Positions 43,404 through 55,310 of a stretch of DNA of 64,000 nucleotides are shown in pieces. Source of the stretch: Octopus sinensis. Lineage: Eukaryota. The translations under genes were made by a program, and so were the position numbers. Positions within the stretch are counted from its first letter, which is position 1. Each line of letters opens with the position of its first letter. The notes under the pieces were generated by a model. The model saw only the letters and a list, made by a program, of their open reading frames with translations. It was not told where the DNA came from and did no database searches. The stretch spans positions 30,256,001 through 30,320,000 of the forward strand of contig NC_043009.1 in NCBI RefSeq assembly GCF_006345805.1. Reading direction: 5' to 3'.

Positions 43404-43511
43404 GATAGATAGATAAACAACATTTCTTTTTGCAATTTCTATATTTTCAACTGCTTTATATATATGGTGGAAAACGAAACGTTTTCCAGTGTTTTCGGTA
43501 TGACGATATGA

Positions 43512-43965
43512 TATTGTGTCTAAAGCCAGCTAGAGACGACGATCTCTTGGGGCTATAAAGCTACAGAAACACCCCCTCCCCAATGTGGTTAGCCATGATA
43601 AGATGGCTTCTATACTTTATATTATCGAGCGATTACTGTTTCAATCTCATTCTGAGATATAATTATGCTTACTGTTTTCGACATCAGTGGCAGACGCCAC
43701 TAGAAAAACTTATATATTTGCAAAGCAGCCTTCACTTTCATCGCGACCTGGTGGTTACCCGTTGACAAGGGACAAAAATCCCGAAACTAGTTCGAGCGTA
43801 TCACTCAGGCTTGCGAGGAAGGGATGGCCTCCCTTTGCAAATACTCCAAGGTCACTGATATTGTGTCTAAAGCCAGCTAGAGACGAAGACCTCTTGGGGC
43901 TATAAAGCTACAGTAACACCCACTCCCCAATGTGGTTAGCCATGATAAGATGGCTTCTATACTTT
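43512..43965 (+). mobile_element. Retrozyme-like insertion: 347-nt unit with 111-bp terminal redundancy and 9-bp TSD
   Basis: Direct repeats 43509-43619 and 43856-43966 (4 mismatches); ACGATATGA at 43503-43511 and 43966-43974; central HHR. Confidence 0.8.
43741..43816 (+). ncRNA. Type I hammerhead ribozyme, U3:A8 core variant
   Basis: TTGACAA(43762-43768)-GGGA caaaaa TCCC-GAAA(43783-43786)-CTAG-TT^; extended stem I CCCG/CGAG, GTGGT/ATCAC, CCTG/CAGG, TCGCGA/TTGCGA. Confidence 0.75.
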
Positions 43966-44809
43966 ACGATATGAGAATGGTTTGATTGAATTTCGCCATT
44001 ATTCTCTAACCACTTCCTTGCTTTACTCAATCTATCTCCCGAATTCTCTGTCCTCTTCTCTCTGTCTTCCTCCTTCCACCCCTCTTACTTGTCTATGTCT
44101 CCTTGCCAGTCACCCATCCTCCTGCGTTGAACGTGTTATCTCCCCCTCTCTCTGTGTTTCTCCTGCCCTTCGCCCTCCCTCCTGTCTCTTTGCCTGTCAC
44201 CCATCGTCCTGTGTTAAACGCGTTATCTCTCTCTCCATCTCTCCACCCTCCCTTCCCTCTCTGTCCCCTATGCCGCCTTGCGCCTCACCTGTGGTAACAA
44301 AACGTGAAAGTGACAGTCAATATTTGCTGTAGTTATTTGTCTTTGATTAAACAATGTCTCTATGTATCTACTTCTCTTTCGACGTTATAAATCAGTCTTC
44401 TCTGAAAATACTGATAAACATTTAAAAACACAAAACGAATGCCACCTTCCTTTCTGTCAGCGTTCACTGTCTCTCTCACTCTCTCCATTTCTCTCTCACT
44501 TCCTCTACGACCCTCCTCTTTCTCTCGCTTTACCACTCACTTCAACTATACCTCCTCTACTTAACACCTTTCACCCAATAAGTTACGCATCTCCTTCGCT
44601 ATCCTTCATTTTGTGTGCTGGTGCCACGGAAAATATTCCTATACTGTGACACTTATAGAATATAGAAAGAAGTGTAAAACCGATAATTATATAATTCACC
44701 CGAAATATCTCAGTTACGCAAACGTAAACAGAATTACTATTTAGCCTTAAAATACATCGTACATATTCAAAGAAACTTCTTGGAGTTGTGTTATGGACCG
44801 TTCTTCTGG

Positions 44810-45375
44810 TATTCTTTTATTCTTTTACTTGTTTCAGTCTTTTGATTGTGACCATGCTGGAGTCGATGAAATTGACACCTCGACTTATCTCCTGTAAGCC
44901 TGATGTTTATTCTATCGATTATTGCTGCCGAACCGTTAAGTTACGTGGATGCAAACACACCAACATTTGTTGTCAAGCGATGGTGGTGGGTAAGGGAACA
45001 AATTCAAGCACAAACACACACACATAAATACACACTTATATACATATAGGCGGCGAGCTGGTAGAAACGTTAGCACGCCGGGCGAAATTCGTAGCAGTAT
45101 TTCGTCTGTCGTTACGTTCCGAGTTCAAATTCCGCCGAGGTCGACTTTGCCTTTCATCCTTTCGGGGTCGATAAATTAAGTACCAGTTTCGCACTGGGGT
45201 CGATGTAATCGACTTAATTCCTTTGTCTGTCCTTGTTTGTCCCCACTACGTTTAGCCCGTTGTGGGTAGTAAAGAAATATATATATATACATATACGACG
45301 GACTTGTTTTAGTTTCCGTCTACCAAATCCACTCACACGGCTTTGATCGGCCCTAAGACTAAAGCAGAAGACACT
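44810..45375 (-). mobile_element. Family-B SINE interrupted by a family-A SINE
   Basis: Tail TTCTTTTACTTGTTTCAGTC..CATGCTGGAG; GTTTCCGTCTACCAAATCCACTCAC. Confidence 0.85.
45049..45277 (+). mobile_element. Full-length family-A SINE
   Basis: GGCGGCGAGCTGGTAGAAACGTTAGC..GAGTTCAAATTCCGCC..GCCTTTCATCCTTTCGGGGTCGATAAATTAAGTACCAG; flanked by TATATACATATA on both sides. Confidence 0.92.
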
Positions 45376-45874
45376 TTATAAAATATAGACTTGAATTCGT
45401 GTAGCCACCTATTGGTAACGTTTCTCCCCCACGCATTTTGTAGGGGTTATTACCCATTTTTCTAGGCTCTTTTCACAGCTATAACCCGTTCGAAGTATTC
45501 TTTACCTTTTGTATGATGAAAAAAGTGAGGTGAGGACTTGTTTGTAATTTGTAGAGAAAACATTAAACGTGCCTGGAAAAAATATAAAGGCATGAAGAAC
45601 TATCAAACAAGGCGAATAAGTACCGGGGGTGGGGGAAAGAAGAGAGAACTAACACTCGATCCTTCTAGAATTCCCAGAAGGAAAACCTAAACATCTGAAA
45701 GACTTTCCCTCTATTCATTACTAAATTTCTTTCCTTCTTCGTTGTTGAATATAAACGAGCTAGGAAAAATCGATTGTGTTTCAGTCTAATTGTCCAATTG
45801 TAATTTTAAATGACTGAGACTTTCCTTTTCCTCTCTATATCGCTTCACTCCGTTTTCTCTACAGTTAAAAGAGT

Positions 45875-46487
45875 GAAGATGCGTGGCTCAATTGATAGTG
45901 GTGTTCGGCCCACGATCGTAAGGCCATGAGTACGATTCCCGGCGGCGCACTATGTTCTTGAGCAAGACACTCTACTTCACGTTCCTACCGTTCCCTTAAC
46001 TGATTCGCACTCTTACCATGTATACTGTTTTGTCCTGGTATACAAGATTGGCTACAGCAAATATTCTGCTCAATGCTACAGATTTGCTTGTCAGCAATAC
46101 TTCACCTTAACCAGTTGAGCATGTCCCTTGGTGGCTGACGATATGTGCATCTCTGATCACGAGCAGAAGCAGTGGGAGAATGTCATAGCCATGTGTTGAC
46201 AGAAATTATTTGGGGTTTGAATAATTCACCTCTGGAAACATGGGTGTTTTGTTCATCAACCATAAACAAACCTTATTCAGGGACAATTTCAGAGGGAAAT
46301 TCTAATTCAGCCCCTTCAGCAAGTTCATGTGCTGTTTATCATGATATAAGATCGCCATGTCGCGCACATATGGTTGTGATGCATGTGCCTGGTGTATTTT
46401 TATCAGACAGGTAGCCATGTTGGTTATATCGGGCTTCGTATATTTTACCCCAGTGTCACTTTCATGGCATACACTGCTCTCTAATTC

Positions 46488-46490
<3 letters not shown>
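45875..46490. mobile_element. tRNA-SINE head (+) followed by another interspersed repeat ending at (TAA)n
   Basis: GCGTGGCTCAATTG..GTACGATTCCC..TGTTCTTGAGCAAGACAC; the remainder is unclassified. Confidence 0.55.
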
Positions 46491-46543
<53 letters not shown>

Positions 46544-46564
46544 TAATAATAATAATAATAATCT

Positions 46565-47345
46565 CAGGGTGCCGAGACTAAATGAAACCTCGAAGACGAA
46601 TGTCACATGCACAGACCTGTTGAGCCTGAAACCTTTTCGTATCTCTCTCGTGTTGCGAGCAGTCTATAACAAAGTCTCAATGCCAACAAACCAGCCCAAA
46701 GAAGGCCAGATGTGTAGATTTTGTGAAGAAAGCGGCACTCTGACAGACATCTTGTCAGAGGGTGAAATAACTCTAGCTCAAAGATAATACAAGTACTTCC
46801 ATGACAAAGTGTATGCAACACTCAATCATACCGTAATGCAGGAAAGGTGCAAGACGAGTCATTATCAGTGGAAAACAACAGCAGTAATTAAATTCGTGAA
46901 AGAAGAAGAGAAGAGGTCATTAAAGACAGCAAAAAAAGACACATCGCCTGCTGAATGGATCCCAATCATTGGGATATGAAAGTAAACGTGGGAGAGTAAC
47001 TACGATTTACCCAGGTCGTTCATACAACTCTGAAGCCAGATGTGGTTCTGTGGTCTGCAAAGACCAAGACAATTATCTTGAGCTTGCAGTCTCGTGAGAA
47101 GTAGGGTGTAATCATATGAAAGATGCCTGCAGGATTGCAGGGAGAAAGGATGGTAATCGTGGCTTTTCCCATTGAAGATGGAAGAGACAGCAGAAAGAGA
47201 ATCATGCTGATTATAGTGTAAGAGATAGTAGATAAAATGGACGTCAGGAGATGTAGAGCAGTGTTTTTGCCATCTCTGCTGACCCACCAACAGGAGGGTT
47301 CAGGATCAAAGTATCTGGTAATCGTCGGGTACCATCTAATGGCAG
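46565..47345 (+). mobile_element. Decayed HERO/NeSL-like RLE LINE C-terminal fragment
   Basis: CRFCEESGTLTDILS..YFHDKV, WDMKV, TTLKPDVVLWSAKTKTII. Confidence 0.7.
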
Positions 47346-47374
47346 CAGTTCCTCCAAGTCAAATCTTTATTCAC

Positions 47375-47592
47375 TTTGGTGAATGGAAAAGAAGCACATT
47401 CTTTTAGGTGTTATCAACCAAATAATAGATCGTGATTACTTTGAATTGGAGATGGAGACGTTGGATAGATTAACACTGAAGAAAATGCTTGACAAGACTG
47501 TGTTGCGCTCAAAGGCAAAAGTTATAAAGATATATATATCGTGGAACGTACGAGGACGGGGATTTATAAGTGTAAGCGATTTTGTGACTAAA
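47375..47592 (+). mobile_element. R4/Dong-type fragment (post-RT region)
   Basis: METLDRLTLKKML..IYISWNVRGRGFISV resembles the LYxxRxxGGRGL motif. Confidence 0.5.
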
Positions 47593-48870
47593 GGCATTCT
47601 TCAATCATTTGGTATATTCTCCTTACGTATATACTTTTGGTGATTTCTGGTAGGAAGTCTTTGATTCGCTCCCGCCAGCAAGTAATTTTTAATCTCAGCT
47701 CTAAGACATTTTCTTTGCAGTACTTTTCGATTTAGGTGCTGCTCAACTCTTCAAGTATTATCTATGTTTGGGGCATTATTCTTCCATCCACTTTACTAAA
47801 GCATTAGGAATCGGTAATTCCTTTGTTGCATTCAAATATATACGAAGTTTTAGCTGTTTCATTTTTGTCTAACAACTATCTGGTACCCCCACAGTTGGTT
47901 TCCACAGACACGGAAATCAGTTGTGTTTTTTTTTATATCGAGGGTTCTAGCTATTTGTATAAGATTCTCATTTTTCTTCAATAACCGTTTTTTTACGATC
48001 TTGCACCAGATAATGCGATAAATTTCTGGTTGTATTCGATCCTACCACCGAGTATTCGTAATGAAATATTTTCTTGACCGATTTGGAATAGCATATTCTA
48101 AACATTTAATTTTTATTTCTCTTGCATCTTGTGAATTATTCAAAATTCACCTAAGGATACAATATTTATAACTTATTACTGTAGGACAACAACATCTTGC
48201 TACCTATTACCTTAATCGTTGCACTATTTCTATATCAATTATTAATCTAATACATCTCTAATACATCTTCGTCATATTCACACCCATTTGCCTGTCTTAT
48301 ACGTTGTCTTGTTCATTGAATTCCTCTGCATTTGTAATTCTGCGCTTGATTTAATTGTCTTATGTCTCTATCAAGCATGATACTGTCTTAATTATATTTC
48401 TTCTCTTCAAATTTGCCTTTGCCAATATTTCTAATCCAATGTGATCTCCGTTCCTCTGGTAAACCTGCGTAGATTATATAACAGTTTTCCTGCTTGTTTA
48501 TTTGTTGTGTACAATCTGAGGTCATCTATATATAGCAGGTTATTGCTCACCATCATGCAGGATTTGCATCTGTCCTCAATTCGATTTCATGACTTGATTA
48601 TGTGTGTCTGCAGTAGACGGAAAGAAAAGAATAGTGATAACGATTCATCTTGAAATATTCTTCTTTTGATGTTTATGGTTAATGCTTGTAATCATTTCTT
48701 TTTTTAATCATCTTTTCTTGTAATCATCTCAGTAGAATTGTTTACCATTCAGTGATAAAAAAAAATTAGGCGTATCTTCATAATTTTCGTGGCATCCTGC
48801 TCATAACCAATATTTGCAGACTCCATGTATATGAGTCGTTGCCATACCCATACTTGTCACACGTTTTTGT
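47593..48870 (-). mobile_element. Heavily decayed R4/Dong-type LINE on the minus strand
   Basis: Minus strand AEIKNYLLA..QD.LPTRNHQKYI.. parallels ETEGFLIAAQDQSLPTRSYQKH of the 15-kb copy; distal boundary approximate. Confidence 0.55.
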
Positions 48871-49237
48871 TTTTACTTGAGTGTTTGAGGTATAAAAATA
48901 ATGCACTTGGCAGGTTTATCTTCTTTTAAATAATATATGACTAATGAAATGTTAATTATAATATGCGTTTGCAATAAATGCAATAAATACAAACATATTT
49001 TATACTTTATTAAATAACAACAAATCATAACGAGTTACAATGAGAAATTTCGAGGCACTAAAACGATATGAAAGAAAAAGTTTCTATTAAGTTTATTTTA
49101 TAACAAAGAATTATCGGGAGGATAAGATGCAAGCAGAGCGAAGTGCTTTCCCGAATCTCAATAAATATTTTCATCTAAAAGAAATAAATGGCAATTGGCC
49201 CAAATACACCAAACATTTTAAACATCATGGATTAAGC

Positions 49238-49625
49238 ACTCTTTACTTGTTTCGGTCATTTGCCTGTGGCCATGCTGGAGCATCACCTTTAGTTGAGGAA
49301 ATCGACCCCACCCCAGGACTTATTCTTTGTAAGGTTAGTACTTATTATATCGGGGTTTTTTGCCGAACCGCTAATTTACGGGGACATAAACACACCATCG
49401 GTTATCAAGTGATGTTGGGAGGAGAAACACAGACACACAAACACATACACACACATACATATATACAACAGGCTTCTTTCAGTTTCCGCCTAACAAATCC
49501 ACTCACAAGGCTTTGATTGGCCCGAGGCTATAGTAGAAGACACTTGCCCAAAGTGCCACGCAGTGGGACTGAACCTGGAACCACGTGGTTTTTAAGCAAG
49601 CTACTAACCACACAACCACTCATAC
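49238..49625 (-). mobile_element. Near full-length family-B SINE
   Basis: Tail, CA-rich body and head CTTGCCCAAAGTGCCACGCAGTGGGACTGAACC. Confidence 0.88.
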
Positions 49626-50519
49626 GACTACATGTTGTTGATGCTTCTGAAATTTGCTCTGTTGAGCTACGGATTAAGTTGACCACACTTTGACCACAGT
49701 AATTAAAATATATATAAGACACTGACAAAATCCATAAATATCAGGTCCTATAGAATTTATGTATCTCCAGTAATTCTATCACACAGAGGAAATTCCTCGA
49801 GCATCTTGTATCCTGGAAAAACCACTAACATCAAAGGTGAAGGGAATTATTTTCGATATGGAGTGTTTAATTTTAGGTGCTTTTCAGTAGGAGAAACGAA
49901 ACGACTAGCATCCAGTGCACACTACATTCACTTAATAACTGATTTTTGATTTAGATGCAAAGCCAGCAATTTTGTGAAGGAAAGAAATTCACTTGCGGCA
50001 ATTCCAATACTGTTACATGAATTTATCCATTCTGAATGGATGAAATGCAAAACTAACATCGGAGAGACTAGACACAGGCAGAAATGAGTCAAAATATCAT
50101 ATCCCAAGGTAGGTTTCTAGCTCCTTATTACCTCGTCCACCACAGCGGCCCACTTTTACTAACGTAGGCACAAGGTTAGAAATTCCAGAAGGCGTGTCAG
50201 TGGATTACAACAGCAAGAGTATCGGATTATTATTACTTTATTTTAACGATCTCATAACGTAACCAGAGAAGTGAATAGCAACGCGTACTGGTGAGAGATT
50301 TGAACTCACAATGTACAAAATTGAATCATAATTGTTTCTGACTTAGGTACAAAGTGAGTTTTCTTTCTTTAAAGGGGGTCTGAGCATGTAATTAACTGGT
50401 ACTTTATCGATTCTGGAAGAGATGGAATGCAAACTTGGACTCAACGGGATTTCAGTTAAAAACTTAAAGATCCAGGAAAAATGCTGCTAGTGATGTATTA
50501 ATAATTGTGTCAGCTCAGA

Positions 50520-51430
50520 TAATAATAAATACCAAACAGAAAAGAAAGGGTTAAACTGTCATCGAAACCCTAAAACAACGGGTGCGGTCTAAAACGTTAA
50601 AGGTGAAACGCTACACTGATCGTATATCATAGATCCAGGAAAACCAGTTATTCTTAAATAACCAGAGGCAGTTTTTTTTAACCGCTAAGGGAGAAATACA
50701 GAAGATAATACACCACCTGAAGCATAAGAAACTTGCCAATTTTGGAATAACATCTGAGAGCAAGAAATTTCACACAAACACAGTGTTGAGTGGATTCATT
50801 CCGTGATCCGAACTCCATCACCCGAAGGCTCCACGGCAGGACCATGTGAGCATAACAACGGAAGATATCATTGCACAGGTATCAAAACTGCCAAACTAGA
50901 AAGCAGCAGGACCAGAAGGAAATCAAGGCTACTGGCTCAAGTGGTTTAGGGCAATACACAAGAGTATTGCGTTGCAATTAGACAATTGCTTACAGAGCGG
51001 TACAGTTCCGGAGTGGATGGTTAAGGGAAGAACAAATTGTTAATGAAAGATCGGTCAAAGGGCAATGAGGTTGGCAATTACCAACCCACTGCTTGTCTTA
51101 ACCTCCTATGGAACGTATTAACAGCTACCTTCGCAGGGAAAATATATACGTTCCTTGATAAAACAATCTTCTGCCAGAAGAACAAAATGGATGCCGAAAA
51201 GGATCCAAGGGCACCAAAGACCACCTGATGATAGACAAGGTTATAATAGAAAATTGTAAACGGTACCGAAAAAAACTTATGCATGGCCTGGATAGACAAC
51301 AAAAAAGTTTACGACATGTTGCCGCATTTGTGGATTTTGGAGACACTTGACATGTGCGGAATAACTGAGAATGTGTGTTCATTAATTAAGAACAGCATGC
51401 CTAGTTGGAAAACGTGTCTTTCCTGTAACA
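50520..51430 (+). mobile_element. R4/Dong-type LINE RT N-terminal fragment
   Basis: [70 protein letters not shown]. Confidence 0.85.
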
Positions 51431-51564
51431 AACAGCACAAATTAGAACGTAGCGACAGGCGAAATACCGCTAAAGATTTTGTCCAGCGTGCTAGCGATTC
51501 ATTCGGCCAGATCACCACCCTAAGAATAATAATAATAATAATAATAATATTAATAATAATGATG

Positions 51565-51638
<74 letters not shown>

Positions 51639-51689
51639 TAATAATAAAAAAAAATAATAATGATGATGATGATAATAATCCTTTATACT

Positions 51690-52410
51690 ATAGACACAAT
51701 GTCTGGATTTTGTGGGGAGGGGACAGTCGATCACATCAATTCCAGCGTTTCACTAGTGCTTATTTTACCGACCCCAAAAGGGTGAAAGGCAAAATTGATT
51801 CCGGCGGAATTTGAACTCAGAACGAAGCGACCCCTAAGCATTTCATCCAGCGTGCTAACAATTCCGCCAGCTCACCGTCTTAATGATGATGATACTAACA
51901 ACAACAACGACGACGATGATGATGATGATGATGACGACGACTATGATGGTGGTGGTGGTGGTGATGATGATGATGATGATGATGATAGAGTATTAAGCAC
52001 TTGAATGGCTTGACATCTTTTTAATCCCTAAGATTACAAGCGGTAACCCGCTACCCGGATAGATTCTACCAGGAATAAAGCCAGGGCATGGTCAGCAATT
52101 TAGCGAAGAAGATCAGTCAATTACATCTACCCCAGAGTTCAACTCGTCTTTATCGTCTCCTGAAAGGCAAAGTGGACTACGGGAGCATTTGAACTCAGAA
52201 CTCAATGCTGGAAGAAATTCTGCTACGCATGAAAGAACGGGATAAGTCAATTTTATGGGGCCCAGTGTTCCCCTGGTACTTATTTTATCGATCTCGAAAC
52301 AATAAAAGGCAAAGTCAAGCTCGGTGGGATTTGAACTCAAAGTACAGCCAGAAGCAATGTCGCTAAGCATTTTGTCCAATGTGTTAATGATTCTGCCGGC
52401 TGGTCGCCTT
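51690..52410 (-). mobile_element. Cluster of family-A SINE copies with trinucleotide repeats
   Basis: Repeated AAAGGCAAA..GGATTTGAACTC..CTAAGCATTT motifs. Confidence 0.75.
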
Positions 52411-53517
52411 CCGTGATGTTGATAATGATGAGGATGGAAGGAAAAGAAGAAGAAGAAGAAGAAGAAGAAGAAGAAGAAGAAGAAGAAGAAGAAGAAGAAG
52501 AAGAAGAAGAAGAAGAAGAAGAAGAAAAGAAGAAGTACAATAGAAAACTAATTTTCCCCTAGATATTCGGATTACATAATTGTGTGCAAAATGTAGAAGA
52601 ATTTATTTAGAGATCACAAAGTAAGCTGAATATTCAAAGTGTCCAATATTTAAATCAAGGTTAACGTAATCGATCTGGACTTTCTTGTGTCTGGCTTAAG
52701 AACTCTATTTCTGAGAGTACAACAAACAAAAGGGAAGAGTTGTTTGGAATTGAAAGTAACAATCGAAAAACTAAAAGAAAAAAAACAATAGAAATCTATG
52801 TTCTTGAATGTATTTAGACATTATGATTGATTCCTGAAACATTAGAACATGATAAGCAATATGCTGATTATAACTAACGTTGTTCTTTGACCTAGAACTA
52901 TTAAAAGATAAAATCCTCAGAAGATATAATTTGGAAAAAAAAATTATCGTCGTCTTTGTTATTAAGCAATTGGTGTTATCTCTTCTCCAGCATAACTCTA
53001 AATGTGATATGATGGTGTCTGTATGGAAGTCGATGCCTGCTATCACTTTGGTAAACTTGGTTAAAAGAATAAAAGAATATAAGTTTCTCTGATAAGACTG
53101 ATAAAAAATTAAATCTTTAGCCAGAAAATAAACTTTATTTGACTTTTCAACCAGATGGTGAACTGGTTAAATATTTGAATAAGCTGCTCAACAGCAGAAC
53201 AGCAGCGCTGTTATCATAAACAGTCAATAAATTTCTCTATTCTCCTGTCATATATCGTTATACATACCAACCTATGAAATTGAAAATGGAATTTCGAAAA
53301 TTTAATGAGTTTTCTTTATCAATTTCATGCTTAAAATTTATTATATAGCATTACAGAATTTCCTATAATATTATTGATATAAAAGTAAATTTTAAGACAA
53401 TGAATTTCGCGACTAACTGTATTTCAGTATATCGATTAATACCTCTCGGTTCTGAATTAAACACTGCAGGCACTTCGGTTACTTAGCTGTGAAAATGACA
53501 TGTGTATGTATGCGCGT

Positions 53518-53557
<40 letters not shown>

Positions 53558-54374
53558 CCCGCACACGCCTATATGTATGAGATTAAATGGGAATCCAAGA
53601 AGATTTATATTGTCTGGAAATGGTGACAGAAAAAGTACAGTAAAATAGCTGTGGATAAGTCGTAGCAAACGTTTCGGATAGAATTCTTCGTCTAGGTAAA
53701 GACGTCACAAAATTACAAGAAGGACAGACGTGTTTTACGTAAACTATCTTTGAGAAACTGACTGCAAATGATGAAGGACACAACACTATATGAGCTTGCT
53801 AACAGAGAAGGAAATAATAGCAGAGAGAAACTTGATGAGAGACATAGAAAGGAAGAGAGGTATAAACTGGAATAGAAGTAGGCGTGGGCGAGGAAAAAGC
53901 GAAGGGAGGAGGGCCTGGGGGATAGGAATAGGGTTACATATATAAGAAGAGGTGTAGGACAACAAGCAAAAAATGATAGTTTTAGACCGTCTCTGACATG
54001 GTTTCGATTTTGAATGCTTAAAATTCCTTCCCTTTCTTTTCAGAAATGCAGCACAAAAATAAATTAATAATGGAACGTTCATTACATTGAAGTAGGTGGC
54101 CACATGCTGAATTGACACACTATACTCCAAATAGGCTCACGGAAAAAGGTCAGCAAAGCAAAGGTTTGTTTATCGTATTTAAATTACTCTGAACATTTTG
54201 CAGATTAGTTTATGTCAACGGAGGGTAGCAAGGTGAAAGGTGGGTGGGAGAGAAAGAGTGGAACGCAGACAGTATGTGTAAATGAAAAAGGTAGGATGGC
54301 GATAGTGTGGAAGGTGGCCTAGCTTTGGAGGGGTGCATGTTCCACAATCAATCGAGAGTACCCTATAGCCACTC

Positions 54375-54760
54375 CGATGTATAGATCTATCCATCCATCC
54401 CTCCATCCATTTCTTCCGTCTATAATTCTTGGGAAAGCCATCTGGGTCGAATATTCAAGCACACCCTCACCCCATGTGGTCAGATCAGAAGCCTCTTAAT
54501 TACAATTTCCCGCTGGATTCTTAAACGTGTCTAACCAAGATCATGGATATTATCCAACCATTTCGTTCTTCGTCTAGCCCTTAGGTCTCCAACAGAGTGG
54601 CTCGAATTGAAGAATCTTTCAGATCTAGAGTGACTCTATGATCTCCGAATTACTCAATACGTCGAAAAACGTTACTCCAGATATCCTTCAGAAGGACCCA
54701 TTTCTGCTAGTTGTGTTAACGGTCGACCCCTTTTCGTCATTAACCTATGTCCATGAGGAT
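54375..54760 (-). mobile_element. Decayed RTE-like LINE 3' end
   Basis: Minus-strand RRTKWLDNI-like motif; (GGAT)n tail. Confidence 0.45.
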
Positions 54761-54828
54761 AGGTAAGGAAAAGGACGAAAATGAAATTGGAAAAATGATT
54801 TAGATTTTTAGCAAACTTTCTTTATAAA

Positions 54829-54876
<48 letters not shown>

Positions 54877-55219
54877 TTATAAACACACAGTCACACACAC
54901 ACATATATATAATAATATAGCTAATATATATATATGTGCATATATACATACGTATATGTACATACTTACATCTATACGTATGTATATATGCATATGTGGG
55001 CACAAGACGTGTACAACAAACAAATACGAAGTATGAGTACATGGAATATGAACTACTTTTTCGAACAACAGAAGATACAAATGGAAAACAAGACAAACAG
55101 CATAAAGAAAGACCCTTCACCAGTTGTTGGCTGTTTTTCTACTCTCAGAGGAAAAATACAGCAAAAACCAAAGCAGGACGAGTTTCTCAAGTCATTTATA
55201 ATAATTTAATTAGGGTAAG

Positions 55220-55310
55220 GTGAATTTGAAGATTTACAGCTGTTTCTGCGTTATACCAAGTGATAGGATAGCATATCCGTACACAGGGCATTCCGTCATT
55301 AAACACAAGG
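55220..55310 (-). repeat. Degenerate second copy of the pLTR/HHR motif seen at 10300-10370
   Basis: TTACAGCTGTTTCTG ... CATTCCGTCAT shared with 10313-10358; core mutated to TTAATGA. Confidence 0.55.

Noticed and set aside
43509-43966. TRIM/LTR or CRISPR interpretation of the 111-bp direct repeats
   Set aside because: No TG..CA termini, PBS or PPT; the TSD is 9 bp rather than 4-6 bp; only two long repeats; eukaryotic context
45049-45140. tRNA gene
   Set aside because: A/B boxes belong to a SINE head that continues into a repeated core; no full cloverleaf
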